Below the pieces are notes generated by a model. That model did no database searches, was not told where the DNA came from, and worked only from the letters and a program-made list of their open reading frames with translations. Position numbers and translations under genes: made by a program. A stretch of 62,787 bases of DNA, the filler included, from Squatina squatina (taxonomy: Eukaryota), in the NCBI GenBank assembly GCA_031763465.1. It is 4 parts of 4 records of this genome, joined end to end, with 100 filler letters (N's around TTAATTAATTAA, not from the genome) between each part and the next. Parts side by side here need not be neighbours in the genome. Positions count along the whole stretch, not along the records: positions 48,939 to 62,787 come from JARFOE010000004.1; 3 more parts are not named here. The stretch is one strand, 5' to 3'. Within the stretch, counting starts at the first letter, position 1, and each line of letters opens with the position of its first letter. Of this stretch, positions 48,939 through 62,787 are shown piece by piece.

Positions 48939-51900
48939 ATTGAATCAACTCCAACAATATCCCAGCTGAGATTGTGTAATGCAGTACAGACTGAGGCTTA
49001 ACTGGGGAATCTTCCAGGTCTGTATTGCTCAATACACCTTGTGCCATGATTCACTAACAAAAATGTGTTTATATTTGCCCAGAGTTCATCTGTTACTTAA
49101 AAACCCAGGAATGACCAGCGACATGCCCTCACATGCACTACTGTGCCCATCAGGGCCACCTTTTCTGTATAGGTATTTTGCTGGAGTCAGATGAGAAGGA
49201 TTCTGCTATGGGTAGTGGAACTGCTTTGAAGTATTGAGAAAATGCCTCACAACCAGATGCTGAATGAGTGATACGTAAAACATTTAAAAATAGTGTCTGA
49301 TGCAGAAGGTATCATCTAGGAACATTCCTTCTGACACACAAGCAGTGATACACTGGAAAAAAAAAAGAAAGGTGGCAAATTGAAGCTGTCAGAAGTGAAT
49401 ATTTAACTGCAGCTAATGTATTAGCTGTTACATTGGGCTTGATGTTGGAGAATAAGGACAACAATTTGCATCTCAAGGCAGCTGCATTTGGTGTCACTAT
49501 TTTGATGCTCAAAATCTTGGCTGCTAACATCTTTTAAATATTCAGGTGTGCAGGTAAACATAGTACCTGTGCCAGGGCAAGCTGCATAAGCAGTAGTGCA
49601 ATGAGATTAATGTTGGTCCCCAGGTATCATTTTTTGTTAAGAAATAAAAATTAATCCAGCAGTGTATGGGGATTTTTCAAAATTATCAAACCTGTCAGGG
49701 ACTAAAATATGAGAGAAGGTAATCTGTGAATCATCATGAAATCTGTCAGAGTCATGAGAATTAAATCCACATTCTTAAATGATTTTTCAAAAATTTACAA
49801 TTTTTTTCATTTTCTTATAATTTCACACTTAGCCCTTTGGGAACAGAAGAACATTTGAAAACCAAAAGGATTTTTTAAAGAGTTTTTTTTTACTTAATTT
49901 CAAAAACACTATGACATAAAATTGTTTTATGGTTATTTAAGCAGCTTAAGTTTATTTTACAATATTGAAATTAGAAATATAGGGGGAAGAAAGTTGGAGA
50001 TGATAGCCTGGAATTTCTTCAATACGACTCATGCTCTAAGTATACTGAAATTATTNNNNNNNNNNNNNNNNNNNNNNNNNNNNNNNNNNNNNNNNNNNNN
50101 NNNNNNNNNNNNNNNNNNNNNNNNNNNNNNNNNNNNNNNNNNNNNNNNNNNNNNNCATGCCTGTTTTGAAGGAATCATTCACTAATTTATTTTAAACTGC
50201 TTATTGCCTCTATTAAAAGAGTTGACAACTGTTTAAAGAATTTGTATATTAATATTACAAACAGTAATTTCTGGACTGTGTCTTGTTAAATATATATGTA
50301 ATTCAAATAGAGGCCAGAGCAAGAATACGCATTGGAACATGTTTCTGCAATTCACGGCATTCAAGATAAAAAAAAATCTTTCAAAGGACCACAAGCAGAT
50401 TTTATTTTTAGATATGGCTCAGGGAGGCTGCTGTGATCTTCAAGGGTTAAACATGTGTGCCTAATAAATACATTTTTGCAGCACTAATAGAAATATCTAT
50501 GAAAGCAATGGGAGCAGAAATTAGCCCTCCTCTATATAGATTAACAAACAGACGCTAAGCCGATGTGACACATCTGCTACTGCAGAGCCAGGGAAAACAG
50601 GTCAAGGTTATTAAGAGCAGAGTACAGCACCGGCTTATCCCCGCAGGCGAGACTGTATACGTGGACACAGTCCTATCACTACACCAATATTTTCTGGTAA
50701 TGTTGTTAGCTTGACTGTTGTGATGTTACTGCACTTTGGATGAAATTTATCTGTATATATTCCATTATATATGTACGTATTTATTTATTAAAAATACACA
50801 TTTTTCAGGATAGACTATAAAACTGAATGCTTGTTGATAATAGGTTTACACCCAAGAGGGATTACAAAAAAAAGGTCCTCACACGTGGAACAATGCAATT
50901 TGGTAAACCATGNNNNNNNNNNNNNNNNNNNNNNNNNNNNNNNNNNNNNNNNNNNNNNNNNNNNNNNNNNNNNNNNNNNNNNNNNNNNNNNNNNNNNNNN
51001 NNNNNNNNNNNNGGCTGCCACATTTCACACAGTGACTAAATTCCAAAAGTACTTCATTGGCTGTAAAGCGCTTTGAGATGTCTGATGATCATGTCTTTTT
51101 CATTTCTAAACTTCACTTTTGATCTAATTTCTCTACTTATCCAATAAGCCCCAACCTTTGTTTTAAAGATGAGAAAAATTGGATGCTGGAAAATAAATGC
51201 ATGTCCCTACAAGCACCAAACTGCAATCTACAATGAACTGGTTTGATTTGCCTTGGTCTGAGTCAGATTTCTTACATCCCAGCAAATATTCTTCAAACTG
51301 AAGATGTTGACACCCTGCAGGCCTCCATACCACAGTATATGTCGGTCTAGTTTGGATGCCGGTTCTTCTCATCCCCAGGAAGTAGTTCTGCTATTCAGCA
51401 GACTGTGCACATGATTTACATGTACCACATATTACAGCCAGAGATATATTTTTCCACATGAAGGTATGTCACCCTCATGTGGAGAATTAGAAAAATATTC
51501 TGAAAATATCTATTAATATAGGGTTGGTTAGAGAAAACAGACCTACTTTCTGTTCCTTAGAAATCACTNNNNNNNNNNNNNNNNNNNNNNNNNNNNNNNN
51601 NNNNNNNNNNNNNNNNNNNNNNNNNNNNNNNNNNNNNNNNNNNNNNNNNNNNNNNNNNNNNNNNNNNNTGTCGCCTCCTTTACATTGTTATTTTGCCAAC
51701 TGTTTGAAGCTGCTGTTGAAAGCAAACTGGCAGTGCAAATCAGCATTACACACATCACAGCATAACTGTGAAAAGCATATATTAGTAAAGTAGTAAATTA
51801 TGAAAAGCAAATATTAATTTCTAGGAAAGCTTGTTCTGTTAAGTATATACTATTACTATCACGTCATTTTCAATTTAAGTGCATCGTATTACAATCCACA

Positions 51901-52214
51901 CATACAAATCACACTTAAACAGCAAGTTACTGACCCATTTTCTCACCTTCACAAATGCTAATCTGTTCTTTGTTCATATAAATGGGTCAATTTAATACCT
52001 CATTATTCATTCAGTCTACTCAGTGTAAAAGTCACATTTCAAACTTGTTTAAACAGTCCTAGATGCTCCTATCACTGTAAATAGGAAGCATATTTTTCTG
52101 ATTCTCATGAAGGCTCAATACAGAACATAAATTTCCTTATCCTCACTTCATGTAACACTACCATAGAAAAGGAAAGTGTTCCTTTTTGATGAAGCCCATC
52201 TGGTATTAATGAAC

Positions 52215-52405
52215 CGCACTTAAATAGTGCCTTTCATGTCCTCAGATTGGCCAAACCACTTCACAGCCAATGAATTATTTTTTGAAGTGTAGTCACCATT
52301 GTTATGAAGGTAAATGTTGCTGCACTTTATGCACAACAAGGTCCCACATACAGCAATGAAATAAATGGCCAGTTAATCTGTATTAGTGATGCTGGTTAAG
52401 GGATA
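52215..52405 (-). mobile_element. DeuSINE-like 3' half
   Basis: gcctttcatgtcctcag...cttcacagccaatgaa...tttgaagtgtagtcac...aaggtcccaca. Confidence 0.7.
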
Positions 52406-54929
52406 NNNNNNNNNNNNNNNNNNNNNNNNNNNNNNNNNNNNNNNNNNNNNNNNNNNNNNNNNNNNNNNNNNNNNNNNNNNNNNNNNNNNNNNNNNNNNNN
52501 NNNNNCTAATGTAATTTAAGAAGCTGAATATTGAAATTTGAACTATTCCTTCTCAGTGGTTGGTGGACATATTTACTGCCAAAAAACTGTCTAAAGTGTC
52601 CCAATGCCTCCATATCATCAAATCACCCCATTTGTTTCCTAATAACAGTAGTTGAGAACACAAGTGAGAAGTTGCTGCGAAGCTTTTATGTGTTATTTAT
52701 AATGTGTTCATAATATGTTTATAGCATTCCTGCTTCACTTTCCCTCTCTCTTTATAATGCAGGTGCCCTAATAGCATCATGAAACAGAGTTTATTGGCTT
52801 GTAACTTCACACAATTGTTGCTGCATATATGACATTATAATCCTGCAGTCTAATTGATGAGCAGAAAGCTAAGTAATAAGTTATTGAGGTATGTGATAAC
52901 AAATATTGATCTTATTTACTGGAAGAATGAACTCAGATCAGCATATGAATTAATTGGTTATCGGCTTATTTGAAGAGAGCTTTTTCATGCACCTTCAAAT
53001 AGGAGCAGCCAGTAATGAGGATAATAATTGCCTGAGAAATGTGTTAAAACTAACATAAATGGAACAGTTCGACTCAGCCTAATTGCCTTTCACTGCTTTG
53101 TGCCAGAGTTGCTGCTGTGAAGTTTGGTACCAATAGAAATTAAGTTTGTAAAAAGTGGATAGTAAACAAATAAAACAAAAATGTATGGATCCTTCAAAAA
53201 TTCAAACACTGCCCCCTCTGTGTAACTGATCATATCGGTTTCTACGTCCCTCGCTGCTCATCGAATTGTACGTGCATTTTTAGCTTTTCCGCCCAAAGCT
53301 AAAGGCTAATTTCCACCTCAGGCTACGTTTAGGCTTTTCTACCTAGCTGCAGGCACAACGCTGGCTAACAGTGCGGTGAGACAACATTCTGCAATTTTCT
53401 TTGGTCAATTCAATTGAATAATTATTAATAGCTGCCTGTGCACCTTAGGCCTTACATATGAGCAAAGACAATGGGTAATTTGGAAAATCCAGCTAGCAGG
53501 TTGAAATTGAAAGGGTTGGAAAGCTTTAAGGTAAGTGGCTGCACGCGATGACAAATACTGTTTCAGTTTTAATAAAGCTTCAAAATTAATTTTCAATATT
53601 TTTCAGCTTTTACCAAGGCAGTGGGGGTAGGCTGGTAAATTATGTGAAAGAAAACCCAATGTAGAGACACAAAAAAAGAATGTGTGTAGGTTTACAGAAC
53701 AGTACAGCACCAAGCCTCTTGTTTGATGGCTGGTAAAATGAAGGTGCACTTACATGGGGTGGTGCAAGGAGCGATGCTCGGATTTTCACTTTAGGACATC
53801 CTCCTCAGAGGACAGTGGTTCACCCTTCCTGTCAGCAGGTGATGACCATGCTCAGGATGTGGGANNNNNNNNNNNNNNNNNNNNNNNNNNNNNNNNNNNN
53901 NNNNNNNNNNNNNNNNNNNNNNNNNNNNNNNNNNNNNNNNNNNNNNNNNNNNNNNNNNNNNNNNTTTGCCTGAGACCAAATATCTTCTGACAATGTTCAC
54001 GTTCAGTTAGGGTCCAGAGTGCTTGTAGCTGTCACTTGTGATAAATGATAGAAATCCCATGTCTGAAGAGAAAAAAAATGCCACAGGATAAAATGCCACA
54101 GCTCTTTCTTTTAAAAGGAAATGAGATTTTTGTAAAAAATTGACTACAAGAGGATTTTTTTTCTCTCCTGTTGACTTATGCAATTCAAGATAAAATTAGG
54201 TAACAATCAATTCCCATTAACTAAATAATGTGTCTCTGCTCCAAATTTTGTCATTCATCAGGAATATTCACTCAGCGGGTTTTCAGTGAAATGTTAGTAC
54301 ACTGTTCTGTACTATTTATTGCTTTTTTATTTAAGTATGTTTATGGCAGTTAACCAATATGATTAGCAAACCTGTGTAGAAACTAAACTGCTATAAAACC
54401 CAGTGGAGCTGGCTGCAAGTGGGCAATAGTAAAGAGGTCAGACAAGGTAGGACTACCACCAATTACTTACATTAAGAAGTTGTTTAAGCAGTCAGGTGAC
54501 AATGTGCAGCCCCCTCTCACACTATCTTTACAGTCCTTTGAATACTCGCCATGCACAGTCATCTACAGTAGGGCACATTTTGCCCCAGCACCATAGACCT
54601 GTAATTCTTCTTTCAGTTGCATTCATAAAGAGATTCATCCCCCAAAAGACCCTTCCATCTGAATATAGTTGCAAAACACTTGTACATGTGATCAGATCCA
54701 CTATGACTTGCAAGATGGCCCTTCACTGTCATGGTGCATTCTTCTGTCTAGTTTAGATTACCAATGCTCCTTCTCTGTTTACAGAACCAAGCAGGATGAG
54801 TTGGAGTCAGTCACCGGGTCATCTCAAGACCCATCTAAGGAGATAGAGGGCTACTTTATTCCCAGGTGGCTTCCTATGCTTGTCTCACAACCGCTTCACT
54901 TGTGTTTGTCACAAGGTGGAGAGAGTACC

Positions 54930-55740
54930 TTGAAAGAGTAGTAGGTTTGGGTTAGAGCCTGTGCTTCAATGATATTTGCAGCTGTTTGAGGGGTGTCTTG
55001 AGCCATGGCTCCAGGTTGTAGCCTTGGCTACCTAGAAGGCAATCTTGCATTCTTATGCCTAAGCCAAATACCGGTGGCATCATGATTTGCCTCAAAATTG
55101 CCATGACTCCTGCCTGAACTTACCTGCGTTATTCTACATGGATGGTCACAAGCTGTATGCTCAAGGAATGTTAGCCCTTCTGGCTCATTAAATTGTGGCA
55201 GGGGTCCCATAGAGCCATATGGATGCCATCAACATCTCTCTAGCCAAATGGAAACAATGCACAGCCCTCTCATGTTGTTGCTGGTTGACCACATGGAATG
55301 TGATGAATGACTTGCTTTTGCAAACAAGCCATCTGCTGCACTGCTGACTGACTTATGTGACTATTGTCCCCAGAGGCTGCCTGAAAACATCCGGATGCAT
55401 AAAAGTTAAGTGTTGTTGTCACCTTTCACAATCACAGTCAACGAGATGCTCCTGGTGGAAAAAGGGCCATAAATCAGGTTTCAGTTACAGACACATTTCT
55501 ATCATGGTCTCCTGGGGTGGTTGGGGGTGGGGGGACAGTTTCTCAGACTGGTTAAAGATAAAATCCAGATAGATCCTCTGTAGTCTATAGACTATGTGGC
55601 ATGGATACCAGTGGGGCAGATGTTGCCTGTCTGTATGCAACCTCGTTCTTTCTCCCATCCTTTCCTCTTCCATATCCTCGTCACCTTTCTCTTCAAAGCA
55701 CAGGGACAATGGATTCTCCAGCAGGAAATCCAACATTTCA
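54930..55740 (-). mobile_element. Degenerate PIF/Harbinger (HARBI1-like) DDE transposase
   Basis: Ordered minus-strand remnants YPCHIVYR..RIYLD, KVTTTLNFYASGCFQAASG, VDGIHMAL, HSLSIQLV, LLGSQGYNLEPWLKTPL, with frameshifts and stops. Confidence 0.8.
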
Positions 55741-58371
55741 GTATAAGCACTTCCTTTAAACTTTCTGCAAGTTTCACAATGTGCATATAAATGCTAAGAT
55801 ACTGCAGCTTCTGAGCAGTGGGAGTGATTCCCAGCCAAAATAGTGTTGCAGAATTGCACTCCTGCATGACCTTTCATCTTTCTGATCCTTTCCTGCTCGT
55901 GAGGCTCNNNNNNNNNNNNNNNNNNNNNNNNNNNNNNNNNNNNNNNNNNNNNNNNNNNNNNNNNNNNNNNNNNNNNNNNNNNNNNNNNNNNNNNNNNNNN
56001 NNNNNNNTGTAGAAATGCATTTCAACTGAAAAATTCAGATGAGCACATGTTGGGGTCAACATTTTCAGCAGCACTCACCCAAACTGAGAGTCCCAAGGCT
56101 GCCCCAAAATTAGGCCGCGAGCCTCTTCTGCATATTCTGGTCAAGCTGCTCCCGCCTGTCGTGCTTCCACAAGCAGCCCCCACTTCAGGAGAATTACATT
56201 TCTGCCTGCTTGCCTCATCGCCAGCGTCCTCAGGTAAGTCATGAGGGGAGGTGGCCCCTTCTTAGGCCCCATTCATGCCAGCAAAATCTGCACAGAGCAG
56301 GCCCAACACCAGCTCTGCTCAAAGCAACCCAATTGCCCTCATTAGCATAGGCAAGAGGCCTCGCACCTGTTTTAGGTGGCCAACCCGTGATGCCTGAAAA
56401 TTATCCTAGGCCAATATAACGTTGGACATTTTTCAGGCGTCCTTGGAGCACTGCCCTGTGATATTTCCCATTTTAGCACTGTCTACCGCCCGTAACATCG
56501 GCACAACAGCGGTGACAAATCTCTACCACATTCTCTCTAGTGCGGCCCATTCCCATTACAACCAGCTAATGGAGTAAGGGTGGAAGGAGTTGAAAAGGCA
56601 CAGCCCAAAGGTGCTGGAGAGAGGACGCATACTTAAGGGTCCAGCTGAAAGCAGAGAGAAAGAACTAACCTAACAGATTCGGTTACTAATTTCATAATCA
56701 GCAAAAAATGTACTGAAGTTATTGAAATATCATTAAACACAGCTTAAATAGCAATATGTGAAGAAGTTTGTGGTGCACTGCATCCTTGGTATGAATATTA
56801 TCCATTCACCTCTGGGAAATCCATCTTGAGGGAGGGGATAGGTAACAGTTGGGTTTCTGCAATTTGTCTCAACTTTTCTGGGTAAGAAAAGAAAAAAAAG
56901 TCAACCTGGGTCACACTCCTGATATTTGTTAAGTGTACTTCTTGCTGCAAAGTATGTGTGTGATCTTTGGGTATGGACAAGGTTGGGCTCTACTATAATG
57001 CCTTGTACAATTGAACAGTCATCCACCACTCATAGAACTGTACCAACAATGAACTAGAGCCTACAGGAAAGAGGCGAGAAAATGGCAGGAGCATCATTTT
57101 TACGTCCCTTATTTCTAATTGCCATTAAAGGATCTTAATTCCCAGTAAACCAAACCACAAAGCACCGAACTAAACTGAGATTTGGCATAATTTACATTAA
57201 TCTGGTTTCCTTGCTCACAAAGACCAAAAGAGCAGACAATGCAGAAAATGGTAATGTCTCCAGTGTAGAAGAGGATACTCTTCTTATGTTGTCAGAACTT
57301 TGAGGCACTTTGATTAGAATTTAACGTCTGAACATGAAGGCAAACAGAAAAGGAAAATCTGACATCACCCAATCATCAGCTAAAAGAAATGCATCACTTA
57401 CGAACTGATTTCTCGTCCTGATTATTTTCACCCAAAATAGAATTCTTTCTGTTTATTGATTGTAGTTAAAACGTCAAATCACCAGCTCTTTGTATATTTG
57501 ATGAATGGATTCAAAAACCTATTTTGTTTGTTTTCTATCTTTTCTTGGAATGTGCTCAGTTCAATGATTAGAATCAGTGTTTTACTTGTATGTTTTTACA
57601 GCGTAGGATGCTGTAGTTACAGAGTGTGCCAGTATTCTTAATTGTCTGGTTTCCTGTACTTTTAATTGCAGGTGTTTGTTTCATTTACATTTTTTACATT
57701 TTGGAATAAAATACATTTCATTCTGGAATGCAAAAGAACATTCTTGCGAAAATGTAAAAAGGAAAAAGGAAAATTCTAAAACTTATGTTTTAATATAACG
57801 GACTTGTACAAAGTAGGTGAGATTTGAAATTCCACCATTTGCCATTTTTAGTGCACTGGTCAACACATTCACGTCATATTCCCATGTATACTATTTTAAC
57901 TAAGCCATTAATTTGCTATTGTTCCTTTGTGGATTTATCCTCCTTTTCGATATTTGCTTGATTTTCCCTTTTCAGTGTTCCAGTTTCACCCACAAGTGCC
58001 TCTTCCCTCCCTGCTCCCTCTTTCCATTTAAAGCAAGTGTCGATTAGTCCAGTTCACTGATCTCTCCAGGACGACCATGCATGGCAGACATACCTGAGAG
58101 AACCAAGCCATATTCTCACTGGGCATTAGTTGTGGCCACACCTCCCTGACACTACTTGCAAAATGGTGGCTATAAGTAAGGAGGATGACTACAAGCCACA
58201 GTAAAGCTCATTCACATGTTTTAGTGCAGCCACTCTGTCATAGATTTACAATATGTGCTTTTTAATTATTTGGCACCAACATTTTTAAAGTTTGTTACAG
58301 TTATGTTTTATTATCACTATTTTATGTATTTTACCATTCCACTTTTTCAGTTTTTCTTCTCCTTTCATCAG

Positions 58372-58475
58372 ACTCTCCCACATAAATGATTTATCTGTGA
58401 GGACAGCTGATTCTGAGGGATTTGCTGGTGTCAATTTTAAACTGGAAGTCAGCAGGAAAGAGAGGAATCACGCTT
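58372..58475 (+). CDS. Unidentified candidate exon (LSHINDLSVRTADSEGFAGVNFKLEVSRKERNHA)
   Basis: Long polypyrimidine acceptor tttttcttctcctttcatcAG and perfect GTAAGT donor; open frame. Confidence 0.3.
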
Positions 58476-59282
58476 GTAAGTTCTTTCTCTACTATCCTCC
58501 ATTCAAAACATACTCCAAGAATGCCTGACTGGTATTTCAGAACTCAGAGGACAGAGCAAGGTGAATGTATATGCTGTGATACAAAATCCGTGCAAACTAA
58601 GTATGTTATGCAACACTGAAAGGGTTGAGGTTTCTCAGCATTTTCAAGACAGAAAACAATTCATTTTCATATAAACATAAAAACATTTTGCAACACACCT
58701 GGGCTCAGAGGTAAAAGCAAGTCTTTAACCCCAGGGTAAGCATTAGGATCCTCTGCCACTGACTCTGCCAGAATATGTGGGGTCAAAGGGAAGTTCTGTC
58801 ATTTCAATATTCTAGTTAGTGCCCGTACCAGCATGATTACATCTCAGGCGCTTTCCAAAGTGGAGAAATTGGAGAAGTGGTGCTCCCCAGCCATTTGCCT
58901 TTATGCTGGTAGCCCACAATTTTAAAGGTGATCGCTGGCCTCCTTTGTAAAGGGGGCCACTTCCTCCTCTATGCTAGTCGTGTTCTTTGAGGGTCTAGGG
59001 CCCAGGCCAAGACACAGGCCTAGGTCCCCAGGCAGGCCCCACTTTCAGCCCAGGTAAGGCTGATGCTCCTTCTTTTGGGGATCTCTCATGGCCGTGCTCC
59101 TTCGGACAAAGGTGACCTTGTTGGCAGTGGAATGAGGTTCCTCCCCAAATCTTCATTCATTTTTGTCTTCTAACACTCCCGTNNNNNNNNNNNNNNNNNN
59201 NNNNNNNNNNNNNNNNNNNNNNNNNNNNNNNNNNNNNNNNNNNNNNNNNNNNNNNNNNNNNNNNNNNNNNNNNNNNNNNNNN

Positions 59283-59345
59283 TTCCTCATCTCGGTCCTA
59301 AATGGCTTCCCCCTTATCCTCAAACTGTGACCCCTGGTTCTGGAT
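59283..59345 (-). mobile_element. CR1 fragment
   Basis: SRTRGHSLRIRGKPFRTEMR. Confidence 0.75.
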
Positions 59346-59389
59346 CTTAGCAAAGTGCAACAAGTAAAAAAACCAGAATGATTCTACAA

Positions 59390-59770
59390 GTGTCAGCTCG
59401 ATTTAGTTGGTAGCCACTCTCATTCCAGCCAGCTTTTGGGTTCAAGCCCCACTCTAGCATTTCAGCATATATTTTATGCAGACACTAATTCAATACTGAG
59501 GGAGTGCTGCATTGTTTGAGGTGCCATCTTTTTGACTACACATTAAAGCAAAACACCATCTGTCTGTTGTAATAGTGGTTCTGGTGGACATTACCATCCT
59601 ACGACATGGAATCAACCCAGGATCCTAGCCAGCATTTCCCCCTCAAATCAACAGCACTGAACAGATCAGCTACTAATTTATCTCATCACTCTGCATAAAA
59701 TGGCTGCCACATTATGTACACAAGTGATATCACTTTGAAAATATTTCATTGTTTGTAAAGTTCTTTGAAA
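59390..59770 (+). mobile_element. DeuSINE-like copy, near full length but degenerate
   Basis: tRNA-like head (agttggtagc...gggttcaagcccc) plus core atactgagggagtgctgcattg...gaggtgccatcttt and 3' tggctgcc...tgtaaagttctttga. Confidence 0.75.
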
Positions 59771-61520
59771 CAGGTCTCTCTTTTTGTCGTGGCTTTTGGT
59801 GGTTCAAACCATTTTCAGTTGAAAAACTACAAGAAATGCAGCTGGTGTTATTAAATCTTAAAAGCAATATTCTTCTGTGCAGTTAAATGGACTCCGGGAC
59901 GTGACACAGATGAAGCCAATAAACTACAGGCGCATGAAAAAGCACAGCCTGAAGAATGCAGGCCCAGTAAATAAAGGATCAAAATTCAGAAAAAGTGATG
60001 GAGAAATATTGATTAAATTCATGTGGGCTCACAAGCTACTGCATTCCAAAGCTACTTTCATGGTATAAATACATAATTAATCCTCAATTATACAACTGCT
60101 TACACAATCTCCAGGACTTTTTGCTTAAAGTTTCAATCTTAACTTAAACTGAAAAATTCGGAGCTAAAATAAAAACTGTAATAAAGTAGATCAGGCTTTT
60201 TTTTTTACAGCATTTAGTGCAGCAGCCACTTTGAACTTAACTCATAATTTCTGTCCTAATTTGCTACTGACAGATCTGACAGGCAGTGCTGAATACTTGA
60301 ACACACAAAAACTTGCATCCACAAGTATAAAGGAATGTGAATGTTTGCCTTCGGGTTAAATAGACACAACTGTCACTCACTTGAAAGGAGAAGAGTGGAG
60401 TTGCATCATCAAATGGCGGATTTAGATGCAGCGGCATGTCACTGACCTTAATGCGCTCAGTTTGTCATTTATTTTTCCTCCAGACTCAGGAAAAACTTTT
60501 GAGGAAAAAAAAAACTGCATTCGAAAAGGCTGAAAAAAACAGCAAGCCAGCAAAGAAATCCTGTTAGCTGCAAGTCGGCAGTTGTGCTAAGCTNNNNNNN
60601 NNNNNNNNNNNNNNNNNNNNNNNNNNNNNNNNNNNNNNNNNNNNNNNNNNNNNNNNNNNNNNNNNNNNNNNNNNNNNNNNNNNNNNNNNNNNNAAGCTTG
60701 GCTGATTAATTATTGCTCATAATTTGCGTTAGAATTAATTAACTAATTAGAGACGAATGTCTGAAGGCAAAGTTATGGCTCTGCTTGTCAAACCCAGGGC
60801 TTTAATTATTTTGATATTTTTTCATTTTAATCACCCACTGAATCAGTAGCACATTGTCAGCTGTTGCAGCTGGAGCAGGCACAAGGAATTAAGTGATTGT
60901 GGGTAACGTGCTGCCACTCTACCCAGGGTAGCTATTAAAGAAAGAACATTTTCAGCAAAATCAGCCATTATTAGTATGGTGATAAGAGAACCAGAGCAAT
61001 CATACCACTTGCTGTGCCATAAGTAAGCCATTGCTTAGATATTGATAGATTACTGATTAGGCAGTTCTTATGGTGTTTATCTGCAGGACTGTGTGTGTTG
61101 CCCCGATTACACTGACACCCAGTATAATAATTCCGCTCAGGTTCTGGGGCCCACTGCAGAACTATACTTCACCCAGAGTGTTTATAAAGATGGCGCTAGT
61201 GGCAGCTGTCGCTACGCTTCCCGTTTGCATTGCTCTTGCAGATATAAAGACTCTCAGCTCAGCTCACTGCTACTAAAAGTCTAAAGTGAGGAAAGGATTG
61301 ACTGGACAATCAGCTCTTGCATCACTTGAAATGTAAAAGCACTAGAACAGACTGCTTCAGCACCTTTCAAATTTCACCTATGGAGGCAGTGAGAAACTTT
61401 GCAGAATCATTGCTCAGGACCAGAGATTGAACTGGTTGGATAGAGTCCACATTTGAATACATTTTGCATGGTCTAGGAAAGGAATGGCTTGGAAGGTCTT
61501 TTCTTGTGGAACCTGACACT

Positions 61521-61966
61521 TCTCCCTCCTCCACCAAGAGAGATCTCTCCTCCACCAAGTGTGAATCCCTCCTCCACCAAAAGAAGCTCCCTCCTCCACC
61601 GAGTGAGATTCCCTCCTCCACCAAGAGAGACTCCCTCCTCCACTGAGTGAGCCTCCTTCCTCCACTGAGACAATCACCCTCTTCAAATGAGTGAGTGTCC
61701 TTCCTCCACCAATGAGACTCTGTTCTTCACTGTTTGAGAGTTCCCTCCTCTACTGAGTGCCTCTCCCTCCTCCACCAAGTGAGACTACCTCCATCACCGA
61801 GTGGGACTCCCTCCTTCCCCGACTGAGATTCCCTCCTCCACCGAGTGAGACTCCCTCCTCCACCGAGTGAGATTCCCTCCTCCATCAAGAGAGATTCCCT
61901 CCTCCACCAAGTGTGAATACCTCCTCCACCAAGAGAGACTCTCTCCTCCACCGAGTGAGTCTCCTT
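61521..61966 (+). repeat. Minisatellite, about 22-bp unit CTCCCTCCTCCACCGAGTGAGA, about 20 copies
   Basis: Directly visible head-to-tail array running into a gap. Confidence 0.92.
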
Positions 61967-62787
61967 NNNNNNNNNNNNNNNNNNNNNNNNNNNNNNNNNN
62001 NNNNNNNNNNNNNNNNNNNNNNNNNNNNNNNNNNNNNNNNNNNNNNNNNNNNNNNNNNNNNNNNNNTTCTTCCATGGGTCAATTGTATGCAATGAGGACG
62101 TGAACAACTTGTGGCAGATAGAACTGGAATTAATTTTTAAGATTGTGGTTTTGAGATTAATGCCTGTGTGGATATTATTGTCATGTCATCACAATCTAGC
62201 ATGGTTAGAGTCATTGAATATAATTTATAACTAAAAGAATCGATTGCTGGAAAGGAAGTTGCACAAATGGTACTGGTGAGTTTTTGACATTTTAAAACTC
62301 ATACTTCTCTTGCTGTGCTACAGAATGTTACCTCTTTTAATAAACACGGAGGATTCCGTTTTCATCACAATGTTAAATCTGACTGCATTCAACATTCATT
62401 ATGCAGCGCACAATAGTCTCCAGGGCATCACACAGGAAGTAAAAGTATGTAGGGACATGACTGACTCTAACATAGTCTCACCCCAGTGCCCCTCTGTAAA
62501 TGTCTTCAATAAACATTATGAGGGAAACTGAGCCTACGCTGTTTATTCTAGATGGGCCCGATAGCCATTGCAGGGGGAAAGGAGTCCATTAGGCATCCAC
62601 AAGGAAAGTTTGGCAAGTTGAACAAAGGAGCAAAAAGAAAATACCGCGTGATTCTTTTGAAGTCAGTCGTGTAATACTGCAGGACCTGGTTTACACATTA
62701 ACCCTTTGCGCATAGATTGCTATTTCTACATTGAGTCATTAAATAGAACAGAGGTAGCACAGTTCATGATATCCTTATCCATTGTGG

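Noticed and set aside
54785-54865. Exon-like segment (TKQDELESVTGSSQDPSKEIEGYFIP)
   Set aside because: Weak donor, and it adjoins the decayed Harbinger element, so it is probably transposon sequence.
61521-61966. CRISPR-like array, or repeat-protein ORFs such as SLGGGG and WWRRE
   Set aside because: Units are head-to-tail with no unique spacers, there are no cas genes, the context is vertebrate, and the ORFs are by-products of the repeat.

Overview
This is vertebrate genomic DNA, most likely a cartilaginous fish (inferred from DeuSINE/SacSINE1-like, CR1, L2, Penelope-like and Harbinger repeats). It is a fragmented assembly of roughly 0.5-3 kb contigs joined by 100-N spacers, plus a few 10-N gaps. 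Three spacers carry the artificial stop linker TTAATTAATTAA (15622, 29780, 48883) and divide the window into four blocks that are probably unrelated. No gene is complete. Recognisable exons are SAMD14/neurabin-like and NPL in block 2, and SAMD1-like, COLGALT1 (2 exons), NXNL1, NDUFB7 (2 exons), TRAPPC5 and MCOLN1 in block 3. The human orthologues of the block 3 genes all lie on 19p13. The most unusual signal is an in-frame prostanoid-receptor/TRAPPC5 chimera joined at a shared AFALLFS stretch, probably a misassembly but testable. There are also several unidentified candidate exons and hammerhead-like remnants in Penelope termini. I found no convincing novel multi-gene system. Gene identities come from recalled protein similarity, not database searches, and repeat boundaries are approximate.
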